Assembly: GCA_038214755.1 (NCBI GenBank)
Contig: JBBQRQ010000047.1
Span: 1 to 38,308, forward strand
From: Verrucomicrobiota bacterium
GTDB lineage: Bacteria; Verrucomicrobiota; Verrucomicrobiia; Limisphaerales; CANJXF01
Reading direction: 5' to 3'
DNA: 38,308 bases
A program made the translations under genes and the position numbers. The notes beneath the pieces were generated by a model, which was not told the origin of the DNA, did no database searches, and saw only the letters and a list, made by a program, of their open reading frames with translations. Below, in pieces: positions 8,686 to 17,388 of the stretch (position 1 is the stretch's first letter; every line of letters starts with the position of its first letter).

Positions 8686-8840
8686 ACTGGCGGTCGGAAC
8701 AAGAGCGCCAGAGGACTGGCGCACTCCAAAACGCTTCGCGCCATTCGTGCGTCATCGAAATTCGCGCGAGCGTCTTGGACTGCGGCGGCCCTCCGCCGCT
8801 TTAACACCACCATGAGTGACCGTCACTTGAAATCACACCC
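8673..8840. mobile_element. MITE-like element carrying a REP-C-type core (8701-8802)
   Basis: 23-bp terminal inverted repeats GGGTGTGATTTAAACTGGCGGTC / GGGTGTGATTTCAAGTGACGGTC (20/23); no convincing TSD; supplies the TAA stop of the ABC ATPase. Confidence 0.75.
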
Positions 8841-8925
8841 TGCCCGGTGTCGCGTTGAAATCTTTTGACAGTTCGCGGTAAATTCTGTGCCATCTGCATT
8901 CGCTAAATAATCACAAAAATTTGCC

Positions 8926-9948
8926 ATGAAAAAATATAACGTCGGAATCATCGGATACGGTTGGGTCGCCACCGCCCACATCGCCGCCATCAACGCGACC
9001 CAGCAGGCGCAGGTCACCGCGATTTATTCGTCTCGCCCGCTCAACGACGCGGAACTCAGCGCCAAATGGGGAACGCCCATCAAGAGCTACACCAGCCTCG
9101 ATGAAATGTTGAAACATCCGGGGATGAATGTCGTTTCGATTTGTAGTTATCCCTATCAACATCGCGAACACGCCGTGGCCGCCGCGAATGCTGGCAAACA
9201 TTTAATCATCGAAAAACCGATCGCGCTTTCCTGGAAGGATTGTCAGGCCATCGACGCCGCCGTGAAAAAAAATAAAGTCAAAACATGCGTCTGTTTCGAA
9301 TGCCGTTATTCCAGCCAATTCACCGTCACGAAATCAATCATCGACCAAGGGTTGCTGGGCGAATTGCATTATGGAGAAGTGGATTATTATCACGGCATCG
9401 GTCCGTGGTATGGACAGTTTCGCTGGAACACGCGCAAAGATGCGGGCGGAAGTTCGTTGCTCACCGCCGGTTGCCACGCGCTCGATGCCTTGCTCATGTG
9501 CATGGGCAATGAGGTGGAGGAAGTCACCAGTTACGACACAAAATCGAAGAGCAAAATTTTCAAGCCCTACGAATACACGACCAGCAGCGTGACAATTCTA
9601 AAATTTCGCGGCGGTAAGATCGGCAAGTGCGCGGCCATCGTGGATTGTTTGCAACCGTATTATTTTCACACTCATCTCTGCGGCAGCGAAGGGAGTTTGC
9701 TTGACAACAAATTTCACTCGCAGAAAGTGAAAACAAATAAAAACGCCTGGAGCACGCTCGCCATGAAGATGCTCGATTCCGGCGACGTTTCCGATCATCC
9801 CTACACGACGCAATTCCAGGCGTTCTTCGACGCGGTTGATGCGGGAAAAGAAATGCCGCTGACCAGTCTCGGCGACGCCATGAAATCACATGCCGTTATC
9901 TTCGCCGCCGATAAATCCGCGGCAATGGGCCAATCGGTTAAATTGTAA
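8926..9948 (+). CDS. Gfo/Idh/MocA family oxidoreductase
   Basis: VGIIGYGWVA Rossmann motif, AGKHLIIEKP, GGSSLLTAGCHALD. Confidence 0.92.
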   Translation: MKKYNVGIIGYGWVATAHIAAINATQQAQVTAIYSSRPLNDAELSAKWGTPIKSYTSLDEMLKHPGMNVVSICSYPYQHREHAVAAANAGKHLIIEKPIALSWKDCQAIDAAVKKNKVKTCVCFECRYSSQFTVTKSIIDQGLLGELHYGEVDYYHGIGPWYGQFRWNTRKDAGGSSLLTAGCHALDALLMCMGNEVEEVTSYDTKSKSKIFKPYEYTTSSVTILKFRGGKIGKCAAIVDCLQPYYFHTHLCGSEGSLLDNKFHSQKVKTNKNAWSTLAMKMLDSGDVSDHPYTTQFQAFFDAVDAGKEMPLTSLGDAMKSHAVIFAADKSAAMGQSVKL

Positions 9949-9957
9949 TTCGCCTTT

Positions 9958-9992
9958 TTGACAAAGCCCATTAAAGATTTTATAAAGCCTTT
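9958..9992 (+). promoter_or_regulatory. Sigma70-like promoter with overlapping palindromic operator; leaderless configuration
   Basis: TTGACA-N17-TATAAA-N6-ATG; imperfect palindrome TAAAGATTTTATAAAGCCTTTA spans the -10. Confidence 0.65.
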
Positions 9993-10286
9993 ATGAAAAC
10001 TTTAACGATTACCGATGCCAAAAAGAATTTAGGCCAATGGCTCGTTGCCGCGGCGCGCGGTGAAGACATTGGAATCATTTCCGGCGCAGACGTGATTGCG
10101 TTGCGCAAAGTGGAGGTGGAATCAACCGATTATGCGTTTCGGGAATATGGAGCCACCCGAGAGGAAATGTTGAAGTTGGAAAAAGCCGCCGAGAAACGCT
10201 ATCAACAACAAAAGCGCGCCGGCAAGTTGGTTTCGCTGGATTCGGCAAAACTCAAAAAAATGATTGAAGAAGCCACTGTTAATTGA
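9993..10286 (+). CDS. Putative antitoxin with Phd/YefM-like N-terminus
   Basis: MKTLTITDAKKNLGQWLVAAARGEDIGI; overlaps the small downstream ORF. Confidence 0.7.
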   Translation: MKTLTITDAKKNLGQWLVAAARGEDIGIISGADVIALRKVEVESTDYAFREYGATREEMLKLEKAAEKRYQQQKRAGKLVSLDSAKLKKMIEEATVN

Positions 10287-10554
10287 TGACGAAGTCATCC
10301 GCAAACTCTTGTCTCTTCCCAAGGATCAGCGCGCGGAATGCTTGCTGGCAATGTGTGAAATATGCGAAGCGTTCGGCAAACCTCATCTTCACAGCGGTCG
10401 GAGCATCCGTAAGCTTGCTTCCAATACTTTTGAGTGTCGTGGCAATTTGGATTTGAGATTTATTTTTCATGATCGCTCCAACGATTTATATTTGTCCTTT
10501 CTCGGAAATCACAATGAGGTTCGAGCCTTGATCAAGAGCGGCAAGCTTTATTGA
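10264..10554 (+). CDS. Putative RelE-superfamily toxin
   Basis: 96 aa; IRKL...FECR..LDLRFIF......FLGNH pattern; downstream of an antitoxin-like gene. Confidence 0.6.
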   Translation: MKKPLLIDDEVIRKLLSLPKDQRAECLLAMCEICEAFGKPHLHSGRSIRKLASNTFECRGNLDLRFIFHDRSNDLYLSFLGNHNEVRALIKSGKLY

Positions 10555-10576
10555 AAATTTAAAACAATACCGATCT

Positions 10577-11038
10577 ATGTCAGAGCATAAAGCCACCATT
10601 GTTTGGAAACGCGAGAGTCCCGACTTTCTCAAGGGAAAATATTCTCGCGAACACACCTGGACGTTTGATGGCGGGATAACGATTTTGGCATCACCATCGC
10701 CAAGTGTTGTTCCCGTTCCATATTCAAATCCCGCCCACGTTGATCCAGAAGAAGCTTATGTGGCGTCGGTTTCGAGTTGTCATATGTTGACCTACCTTCA
10801 TCTGGCGTCTCGCAAAGGATTTGTGGTCGACTTCTATCAGGATGAAGCAATCGGCGTGATGTCCAAAAACGAACGGGGCTCGTTCTGGGTCAGCGCGATC
10901 AAACTGCGCCCAAAGATTTCCTACAGCGCAGAGAAGTTGCCTTCACCCGATGAAGAGAGACAACTCCACCACGACGCGCACGAACAATGTTTCATTGCCA
11001 ATTCCATTAAAACCGTTGTGACCGTCGAACAAGTTTAG
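10577..11038 (+). CDS. OsmC/Ohr family protein
   Basis: DPEEAYVASVSSCHMLTYL and AHEQCFIANSI (two conserved Cys). Confidence 0.9.
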   Translation: MSEHKATIVWKRESPDFLKGKYSREHTWTFDGGITILASPSPSVVPVPYSNPAHVDPEEAYVASVSSCHMLTYLHLASRKGFVVDFYQDEAIGVMSKNERGSFWVSAIKLRPKISYSAEKLPSPDEERQLHHDAHEQCFIANSIKTVVTVEQV

Positions 11039-11066
11039 TTGTTTGGGAACAATTTTATTTTCGCGC

Positions 11067-11888
11067 ATGACGTCACCCACTCGTAAAGTAGCTTTCGCCA
11101 TCGCCGCGCATCCCGATGACATTGAGTTCATGATGGCGGGGACGTTGTTGCTCCTGAAAAAAGCGGGCTACGAAATTCACTACATGAATCTCTCGACGGG
11201 CAACTGTGGCAGCATCGAGACTGATTCCGCAACGACGGCGAAGATTCGTTTGCGAGAGGCAAAAAAAGCCGCGCAGATTCTCGGCGCAAATTTCCATCCG
11301 CCGATTTGCAACGACCTTGAGGTTTTTTACGACTTGAAAACGTTACGCCGTCTGGCCTCGGTGATTCGCGAGGTGAAGCCGTCGATTCTTTTGACGCATT
11401 CTCCCGCTGATTACATGGAAGACCACACGAACACCTGCCGACTCTCCGTGACCGCGGCGTTTGCTCGTGGGATGCCGAATTTCAAGTCCACTCCCTCACG
11501 CCCGACGGAGAGTTACGACTGCACGCTTTATCACGGGTTGCCTCACAGTTTAACCGACAACTTGCGCCTGAAAATAATTCCCAGCGCTTTTGTTAATACC
11601 ACTACAGTTCACGAAAAAAAACTTGAAGCGTTGCGCGCGCACCAGAGCCAGCAAGGTTGGTTGGACGCGAGCCAGAAACTAAATTCCTATTTGCAAACGT
11701 GCGAAGACATTTCCCTCGCTGTTGGAAAATTGTCGAAAAAATTCCAACACGTCGAAGGCTGGCGACGCCATTTGCATTTTGGTTTTTGCAGCGAGGAGGC
11801 GGACCCGTTGAAAGATTTGAAGAAAGATTATCTAATCAATGGAGATTACGAACGAGATTTGGTGCAACCTTTCAATGCCTTGCCGTGA
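11067..11888 (+). CDS. PIG-L/LmbE family deacetylase
   Basis: AHPDDIE, RLREA, TH...DYMEDH, H.SQ. Confidence 0.9.
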   Translation: MTSPTRKVAFAIAAHPDDIEFMMAGTLLLLKKAGYEIHYMNLSTGNCGSIETDSATTAKIRLREAKKAAQILGANFHPPICNDLEVFYDLKTLRRLASVIREVKPSILLTHSPADYMEDHTNTCRLSVTAAFARGMPNFKSTPSRPTESYDCTLYHGLPHSLTDNLRLKIIPSAFVNTTTVHEKKLEALRAHQSQQGWLDASQKLNSYLQTCEDISLAVGKLSKKFQHVEGWRRHLHFGFCSEEADPLKDLKKDYLINGDYERDLVQPFNALP

Positions 11889-11914
11889 TCTTCCAGATAG
11901 AATAATCTGCTTTC

Positions 11915-12124
11915 ATGACAGCAGCCAAAGTGATTGAAGAAATTGATGATCTGTCTCCCGACGAACAGGCCAAAGTCATTCAACACGCTTTCAAACTGGC
12001 CCGCAGCCGTCAGCTCACCGCTGAGGAGCTGGGAAAATTGGCTGAAAGATTGGCCGAATCAAATGACCCCGCCAAAATTGTTCGTTTGAAGTCCGCGATG
12101 ACGCGCGGATTTTACGGTGAGTGA
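11915..12124 (+). CDS. Small helical hypothetical protein, putative antitoxin
   Basis: 69 aa; VIEEIDDLSPDEQAKV start typical of addiction-module components; TTGCCG-N17-TAATCT-N6-ATG upstream. Confidence 0.6.
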   Translation: MTAAKVIEEIDDLSPDEQAKVIQHAFKLARSRQLTAEELGKLAERLAESNDPAKIVRLKSAMTRGFYGE

Positions 12125-12127
12125 ATC

Positions 12128-12373
12128 ATGCCGACAATTCTACGCAGAAACCTGCCGCGCTCACTTTATGATCATCTGCTTGAACGCGTTCAACAGAGGG
12201 GAATTTCCCGCCAACAACTCACCCTATTAATCCGATGGCTGGATACTCAACCGGAGGTGCCCGTTGGAAAGTGGTTTAAAAAATTTCCCGGCATGATTAC
12301 GTGTGGTGAAGGTGAATTGATAAAAACTTTTCTATTATCTGGCCAGGTTCCGGTTGGAGAAGAGGCCTTTTAG
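12128..12373 (+). CDS. Small hypothetical protein, putative toxin
   Basis: 81 aa, starts 3 nt after the previous stop; [12 protein letters not shown] motif. Confidence 0.55.
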   Translation: MPTILRRNLPRSLYDHLLERVQQRGISRQQLTLLIRWLDTQPEVPVGKWFKKFPGMITCGEGELIKTFLLSGQVPVGEEAF

Positions 12374-12443
12374 AAACCCTAGTTCAAAATATCTGATTGC
12401 GTTCTCTTACTTTAAACCATGTAACGATTTAACGCTTAAAACT

Positions 12444-13373
12444 ATGCCACGCAAACTCAGCTCCATCGCCCCCGATTGGTGGGATTATACCACGCTCGAC
12501 AGCGACATCATCAAAGAAGCCGCCAAGCTCACTCCGGAAAAATTGCTCAAACTTTCTCGACCGGGTTTCAAAGTCATTTTTTACGACACGCTCGAGGATT
12601 TTTATTGTGCTGAAGCGCTGGAATATATTTCCGCCTGGAAACAAGCCACGCCGGATAATCCTGTCGGCATTTGCGGCCCGATTGGGCCGACCGAGCAACT
12701 TCCCCTCGTCGCGCGCATGGTTAACGCGCTCGGCCTGGAACTTCACTCCGCGCACTTCTGGGGCATGGACGAATGGTTTCTCGACGGCAAAGAAATGTCG
12801 CCAAGTCACCCGCTCTCGTTTGAAAAAGCCGACCGCGAAATGTGTTTCAATCGCATCGAAAAGAAACTCGTGATGCCGGATGCGAATTTACATTTCCCAA
12901 AAGCCAACTCCGCTGCATATCGCAAAAGTTGGGATGGCGTTCGCTGCACGGTCATGCAAGGCGGCCAAGGCGACATCAAACATTGGGCATTCAACGATCC
13001 CCTCAAGCGCGAGGGGAAATACAAAAACAGTCCGCCGTCCCCCGAAGAATATCGAGAGCTTTCGACGCGCGTGGTGGATTTGCATCCCATCACCATCGCG
13101 CAAAACGCGCGCACGTCTGGCGGCGGAAATGTCACGCTCGTTCCGACAAAAGCGATCACCGTCGGCCCTGTCGAGACTTGGAAATCAGAAAAGGTTTCCA
13201 TCTGGCAGGCTGGCACGCACGATAATCCGTTTGGCCAACGCCTGACCGCGTTTATGATTTCCAAAAAGATTCCCGACGCCTCCGTGCCGATGTCATTGCT
13301 CGCCGATCATCCGAATGTTCAGTTCAACTATTTCCGCGGAGGACTGGGTTCGTGCGCGATTGAGATGCACTGA
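12444..13373 (+). CDS. Glucosamine-6-phosphate deaminase/isomerase (NagB-like) family protein
   Basis: [49 protein letters not shown]. Confidence 0.8.
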   Translation: MPRKLSSIAPDWWDYTTLDSDIIKEAAKLTPEKLLKLSRPGFKVIFYDTLEDFYCAEALEYISAWKQATPDNPVGICGPIGPTEQLPLVARMVNALGLELHSAHFWGMDEWFLDGKEMSPSHPLSFEKADREMCFNRIEKKLVMPDANLHFPKANSAAYRKSWDGVRCTVMQGGQGDIKHWAFNDPLKREGKYKNSPPSPEEYRELSTRVVDLHPITIAQNARTSGGGNVTLVPTKAITVGPVETWKSEKVSIWQAGTHDNPFGQRLTAFMISKKIPDASVPMSLLADHPNVQFNYFRGGLGSCAIEMH

Positions 13374-13415
13374 TAAGAATGTGTTGCCGAAATTCTGATC
13401 GCAATTGGTTGCCAC

Positions 13416-15446
13416 ATGCTCACCTCCGAAACCAAAAACCGCATCAACGCCTGTCGCGATGTCCTCGTCGGCAAACTTCCGTTGCCGACCGATCAAGTCG
13501 AACTCATTACTCTCGCGCTGATTTACAAATTCATGGATGACCTCGATGAGGAATCCGTGAAGATGGGGGGCAAACGCTCTTTCTTTATTGGCAGCATCGC
13601 GAAATATCGCTGGCGCGCTTTGCTGCCGCAGACGGTTTCCGCCGAGGAACGGGTAACGTTGTTTTCCGAAGGCGTCGAGGCGATTGGCAATGCGAAGAAA
13701 GCTCCGCATCTCCCGGCGTTGTTCCGCGATATTTTTCGCAACGCTTTTCTCAAATTCCGCGATGGCCGCATCCTCACGCTTTTTCTCAATGAGATAAACG
13801 GCTTCGCTTATTCGCACAGCGAGGAACTCGGCAACGCGTTTGAATATCTTCTGCAATGTATGGGCACGCAGGGCGAGAATGGCCAGTTTCGCACGCCGCG
13901 CCACATCATTGATTTCATGGTCGCCTGCCTCGACCCGCAACCGGGCGACACGATTCTCGACCCGGCTTGCGGCACGGGCGGATTTCTGGTTTCGGCTTAC
14001 AAACACATTCTTGCAAAAAACACTTCGCCCGGTTCCACGATTCCCGGCGACCGCCTCGATCACGAGCAACGCCAGCGGCTCTATTGCAATCTGACCGGCT
14101 ACGACATCACCGATCTGATGGTGAAATTGAGCAAGGTGAATTTGTTCCTCCACGGCTTTCCCGATCCCGCCATCCACATTTACGACACGCTGAGCAACGA
14201 CGCGCGCTGGCACGAAAAGGCCGACCTCATCCTCGCCAACCCGCCCTTCATGACCCCGAAAGGCGGCGTCACCCCGCACACCAAATTCCGCATCGCCGCG
14301 AAGAAGGCCGAGGTGCTCTTCACCGACTACATCGCCGAGCACCTCACGCCCGAGGGCCGCGGCGGCGTCATCGTGCCCAACGGCATCGTGGCCACGACGC
14401 AGAACGCCTACGTGAAACTGCGCCGCTTCCTCGTCGAGGACTCGCTCGTCGCCGTCGTCTCGCTGCCGGGGGGCGTGTTCAAGCCATACTCCGGCGTGAA
14501 GACCAGCATCCTCTTCCTCGACAAAAAACTCGCGCGGCAGACCAAGGAAATCCTCTTCCTCAAAATCACCGCCGACGGCTTCGACCTCGGCGACAAACGA
14601 AATCCCATCAAGGCCAACGACCTGCCGGAAGCAGAGTGCGTGGTGAAGGCGTGGTTGAAGGGAATGACGAATGACGAATGTCGAATGACGAATGGCGGCG
14701 GCATCGCGTGGACTGCCGTTGAGAAAAAGGCATTGCTCGAAATGCGCTCCGTCAGTCTCCAAGCTGAGGCGTTTCTCGGAAACGGGTCGGCAGCCACAGA
14801 AGTTGAAACGGTTTCGTTGGGTGAAGTTGCCACATTTGAATATGGGCACACGGCGACCGCAGCCGACGAAGGGGACGTTCGTTACGTTCGCATCACCGAC
14901 ATAAACGAGTTTGGCCGGCTTCGCCCCAACGATGCAAAGTTCATCAAGCTCGACAGGGAAGCGAAGGCTTGTCTGGCGTGCAAAGGCGACATCCTCGTTG
15001 CACGAATTGGTGCGACGGCAGGCAAGACGCTTCTTTTCGATTCCAATGAGCCAGCAGTCTTCGCTTCGTATCTTATTCGCATTCGCTTCGATCCTGAAAA
15101 AGTCTTGCCGGAGTTCTATTGGTGCTTCTCGCAGTCAAAACAATATTGGCAGCAACGCGACCAGTTGATTTCGGGAGGCGGTCAGCCGCAGTTCAATGCG
15201 AACGCCCTCAAGCAACTCGAAATCCCGCTGCCGCCGCTGGAGGAACAGCGGCGGATCGTGGCGGAGATCGAGGGCTACCAGAAGGAGATTGCACGCTTGG
15301 AATCCGAAATCGCCACGAACCGCGAACGCATCCAATCTACAATCGACGCCGTGTGGAACGGCAACTCCGAAAGCGCCAACGGCGCGCTGCCATCCCAGCC
15401 TGGGGCAACGCCCCAGGTCACGGAACGCAAGCCACGAAAGGGCTGA
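13416..15446 (+). CDS. hsdM: Type I-like N6-adenine methyltransferase fused to a single HsdS target-recognition domain (M-S fusion)
   Basis: GQFRTPRHII, DPACGTGGFL (motif I), NPPF (motif IV); then TRD (VSLGEV...GDILVAR...QPQFN) and IPLPPLEEQRRIV. The last ~24 aa derive from the inserted repeat. Confidence 0.9.
   Translation: MLTSETKNRINACRDVLVGKLPLPTDQVELITLALIYKFMDDLDEESVKMGGKRSFFIGSIAKYRWRALLPQTVSAEERVTLFSEGVEAIGNAKKAPHLPALFRDIFRNAFLKFRDGRILTLFLNEINGFAYSHSEELGNAFEYLLQCMGTQGENGQFRTPRHIIDFMVACLDPQPGDTILDPACGTGGFLVSAYKHILAKNTSPGSTIPGDRLDHEQRQRLYCNLTGYDITDLMVKLSKVNLFLHGFPDPAIHIYDTLSNDARWHEKADLILANPPFMTPKGGVTPHTKFRIAAKKAEVLFTDYIAEHLTPEGRGGVIVPNGIVATTQNAYVKLRRFLVEDSLVAVVSLPGGVFKPYSGVKTSILFLDKKLARQTKEILFLKITADGFDLGDKRNPIKANDLPEAECVVKAWLKGMTNDECRMTNGGGIAWTAVEKKALLEMRSVSLQAEAFLGNGSAATEVETVSLGEVATFEYGHTATAADEGDVRYVRITDINEFGRLRPNDAKFIKLDREAKACLACKGDILVARIGATAGKTLLFDSNEPAVFASYLIRIRFDPEKVLPEFYWCFSQSKQYWQQRDQLISGGGQPQFNANALKQLEIPLPPLEEQRRIVAEIEGYQKEIARLESEIATNRERIQSTIDAVWNGNSESANGALPSQPGATPQVTERKPRKG
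14662..14696 (+). repeat. Heptamer tandem tract in the M-S linker region
   Basis: GAATGAC GAATGAC GAATGTC GAATGAC GAATGGC (encodes MTNDECRMTNG). Confidence 0.85.
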
Positions 15447-16007
15447 AAGCCCGTCTCATCGCCGTGCCGCAATCGCTCGCTCTCGTCATCGTGCATCTGG
15501 TGTTCAGCAGCAAAGACCGGCAGCCGTTGCTCGGCACATCCGTTCGCCCCGCGCTCCACGCCTATCTCGCCACCGTGGCGCGCAACGCCGGGTGTGAATG
15601 CTTCCGCGTTGGCGGCGTGTCGGACCATGTTCACCTCGCGATTCGCGTCTCACGGACACTCGCCATCGCGGACATGGTCGAGGAACTGAAAACGTCGTCG
15701 TCCAAATGGCTCAAGACGCAATCACCGGAATTGGCGGGATTTTCGTGGCAACGCGGCTACGGCGTGTTCTCGGTCGGACCTTCGGACCTTGATGCGTTGC
15801 GTGCCTACATTGACGGGCAGGAGGAGCATCACCGCACCCGAACATTTCAGGACGAATACCGCGCCTTCCTCACCAAATACGGAATCGGATTCGATGAACG
15901 TTATGTTTGGGACTGAACGATGGGGCGGGCTTTCAGCCCTTGTGATTTGTTGGCCACGAATCCTGGGGCGTTGCCCCAGGCTGGGATGGCGACGGGCCTT
16001 TGGCCCT
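15372..16007. mobile_element. IS200/RAYT-like unit: Y1 transposase between ~90-bp inverted palindromic repeats
   Basis: 15372-15461 is the inverse of 15918-16007 (shared GCCATCCCAGCCTGGGGCAACGCCCCAGG and AAGGGCTGAAAGCCCG hairpins). Confidence 0.85.
15464..15916 (+). CDS. tnpA: IS200/IS605-family (HUH, Y1) transposase, RAYT-like
   Basis: MPQSL...HLVFSSKDR, DHVHL (HUH), K..SSKW, FSWQRGY, catalytic YI..QEEHH. Confidence 0.9.
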   Translation: MPQSLALVIVHLVFSSKDRQPLLGTSVRPALHAYLATVARNAGCECFRVGGVSDHVHLAIRVSRTLAIADMVEELKTSSSKWLKTQSPELAGFSWQRGYGVFSVGPSDLDALRAYIDGQEEHHRTRTFQDEYRAFLTKYGIGFDERYVWD

Positions 16008-16099
16008 CAATTAGCCGCCCGATGCAAATGCTGCCTACCGCGTCCTCACTTCGATGCGTAAAGGAAATCCCGTTACGGCCCTCACCTCGCCGCGTGAAC

Positions 16100-16255
16100 G
16101 AAATCCCGCTGCCGCCCTTGGCGGAGCAACGCCGGATCGTGGCGGAACTGGACGCGGAAGCGGCGCAAATGGAAACTGTCCGCGCGCTTATCCCGAAGTT
16201 CGAAACCAAAATCCAACGTGTCCTCGACCGCGTGTGGGGCACCGCAACAGAATAG
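16100..16255 (+). pseudogene. Orphan copy of an hsdS 3' conserved region
   Basis: EIPLPPLAEQRRIVAELDAEAAQMETVRALIPKFETKIQRVLDRVWG; similar to 15219-15360 and 18145-18273. Confidence 0.85.
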
Positions 16256-16296
16256 TCGCCAAACAAATTGCAATTGTTCAATATCCCGGAAACAAG

Positions 16297-17388
16297 ATGC
16301 GCACGCTGGAAAAACTGACGATTAAGAATTTCAAGTCCATCCGGGAACAGACGCTGGCGCTTGGCCGGTTGAATGTGTTTATCGGCGGCAATGGCGCGGG
16401 TAAGTCCAACTTGATTGGGGCATTCCGTTTTCTTCGGGAGATCGTGAATCAAAATCTCGCGGGCTACGTTGGAATGAAAGGTGGCGCGGACACACTGCTT
16501 TATTTCGGAAAGAAAAAATCTCCTGAAATGTCCTTTGATCTGGAGTTTGGCGAAGGGGACACCGCAAATGGTTATTCCGTCCAGTTGCGTAGCACGGATG
16601 AAGATAGTCTGGTGATTGTTTGGGAAACGGCGCTTTACCACGAGCGTAAAAAATATCCGAAGCCATTTAGTCTTCCGATTTCGTCCAGTTCCAAGGAGTC
16701 AAAATTGAAAGAGACGGGCCACATCTGTGCCCGTGAGGTGATGAGTGATTTAGACAGTTACCGAGTTTATCATTTTCATGACACCAGCGACACGGCGGTG
16801 GTCAAAGGAACCGGCGATGTGGAGGACAATCGCGTGCTGCGTCCACAAGCTGAAAACCTGGCGGCGTTTCTGTATTGGATCCAGCAGAAGAAACCAGATC
16901 ACTTCGCGAATATTCAAGATACGCTGCGCCAGATCGCGCCGTTCTTTGAAGAGTTTCGCCTCGCGCCTTCCAAACTGAACGAGAGCAAAATCCGGCTGGA
17001 GTGGAAAGAGAAAGGGAGCGATGCCTATTTCAATGCCTCGTCGCTTTCGGACGGAACATTGCGCTTCCTTTGTCTGACCACGCTGCTGCTCCAACCACAA
17101 TTGCCAGCGGTGGTGTTGCTCGATGAACCGGAACTTGGGCTTCACCCGGCGGCAGTGACGTTGCTGGCAGATTTGCTTTCTTCGGCGGCGACGCGCACCC
17201 AGGTCATCGTCGCAACGCAATCCGTCACGCTGGTCAATCAATTTGAACCGGAGGCAGTGTGGGCGGTGGACCGGCAAGATAATCAGAGCGTTTTCCGTCA
17301 CCTCAGCGATCAGGACATGACGACATGGCTCGATGATTACGGGCTGGGTGAACTCTGGGAGAAGAATGTTCTCGGCGCTCGCCCATGA
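16297..17388 (+). CDS. AAA_21/OLD-like ABC ATPase
   Basis: IKNFKSI, LNVFIGGNGAGKSN (Walker A), LSDGT signature, LLDEPELGLHP, QVIVATQS. Confidence 0.9.
   Translation: MRTLEKLTIKNFKSIREQTLALGRLNVFIGGNGAGKSNLIGAFRFLREIVNQNLAGYVGMKGGADTLLYFGKKKSPEMSFDLEFGEGDTANGYSVQLRSTDEDSLVIVWETALYHERKKYPKPFSLPISSSSKESKLKETGHICAREVMSDLDSYRVYHFHDTSDTAVVKGTGDVEDNRVLRPQAENLAAFLYWIQQKKPDHFANIQDTLRQIAPFFEEFRLAPSKLNESKIRLEWKEKGSDAYFNASSLSDGTLRFLCLTTLLLQPQLPAVVLLDEPELGLHPAAVTLLADLLSSAATRTQVIVATQSVTLVNQFEPEAVWAVDRQDNQSVFRHLSDQDMTTWLDDYGLGELWEKNVLGARP

Noticed and set aside
8664..8849. Target-site duplication for the MITE at 8673-8840
   Set aside because: The flanks GTTCCGGGG and TGCCCGGTG match only 5/9; not claimed.
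13293..14849. 518-aa minus-strand ORF
   Set aside because: It lies antisense to hsdM in a GC3-rich region and has no recognisable motifs.
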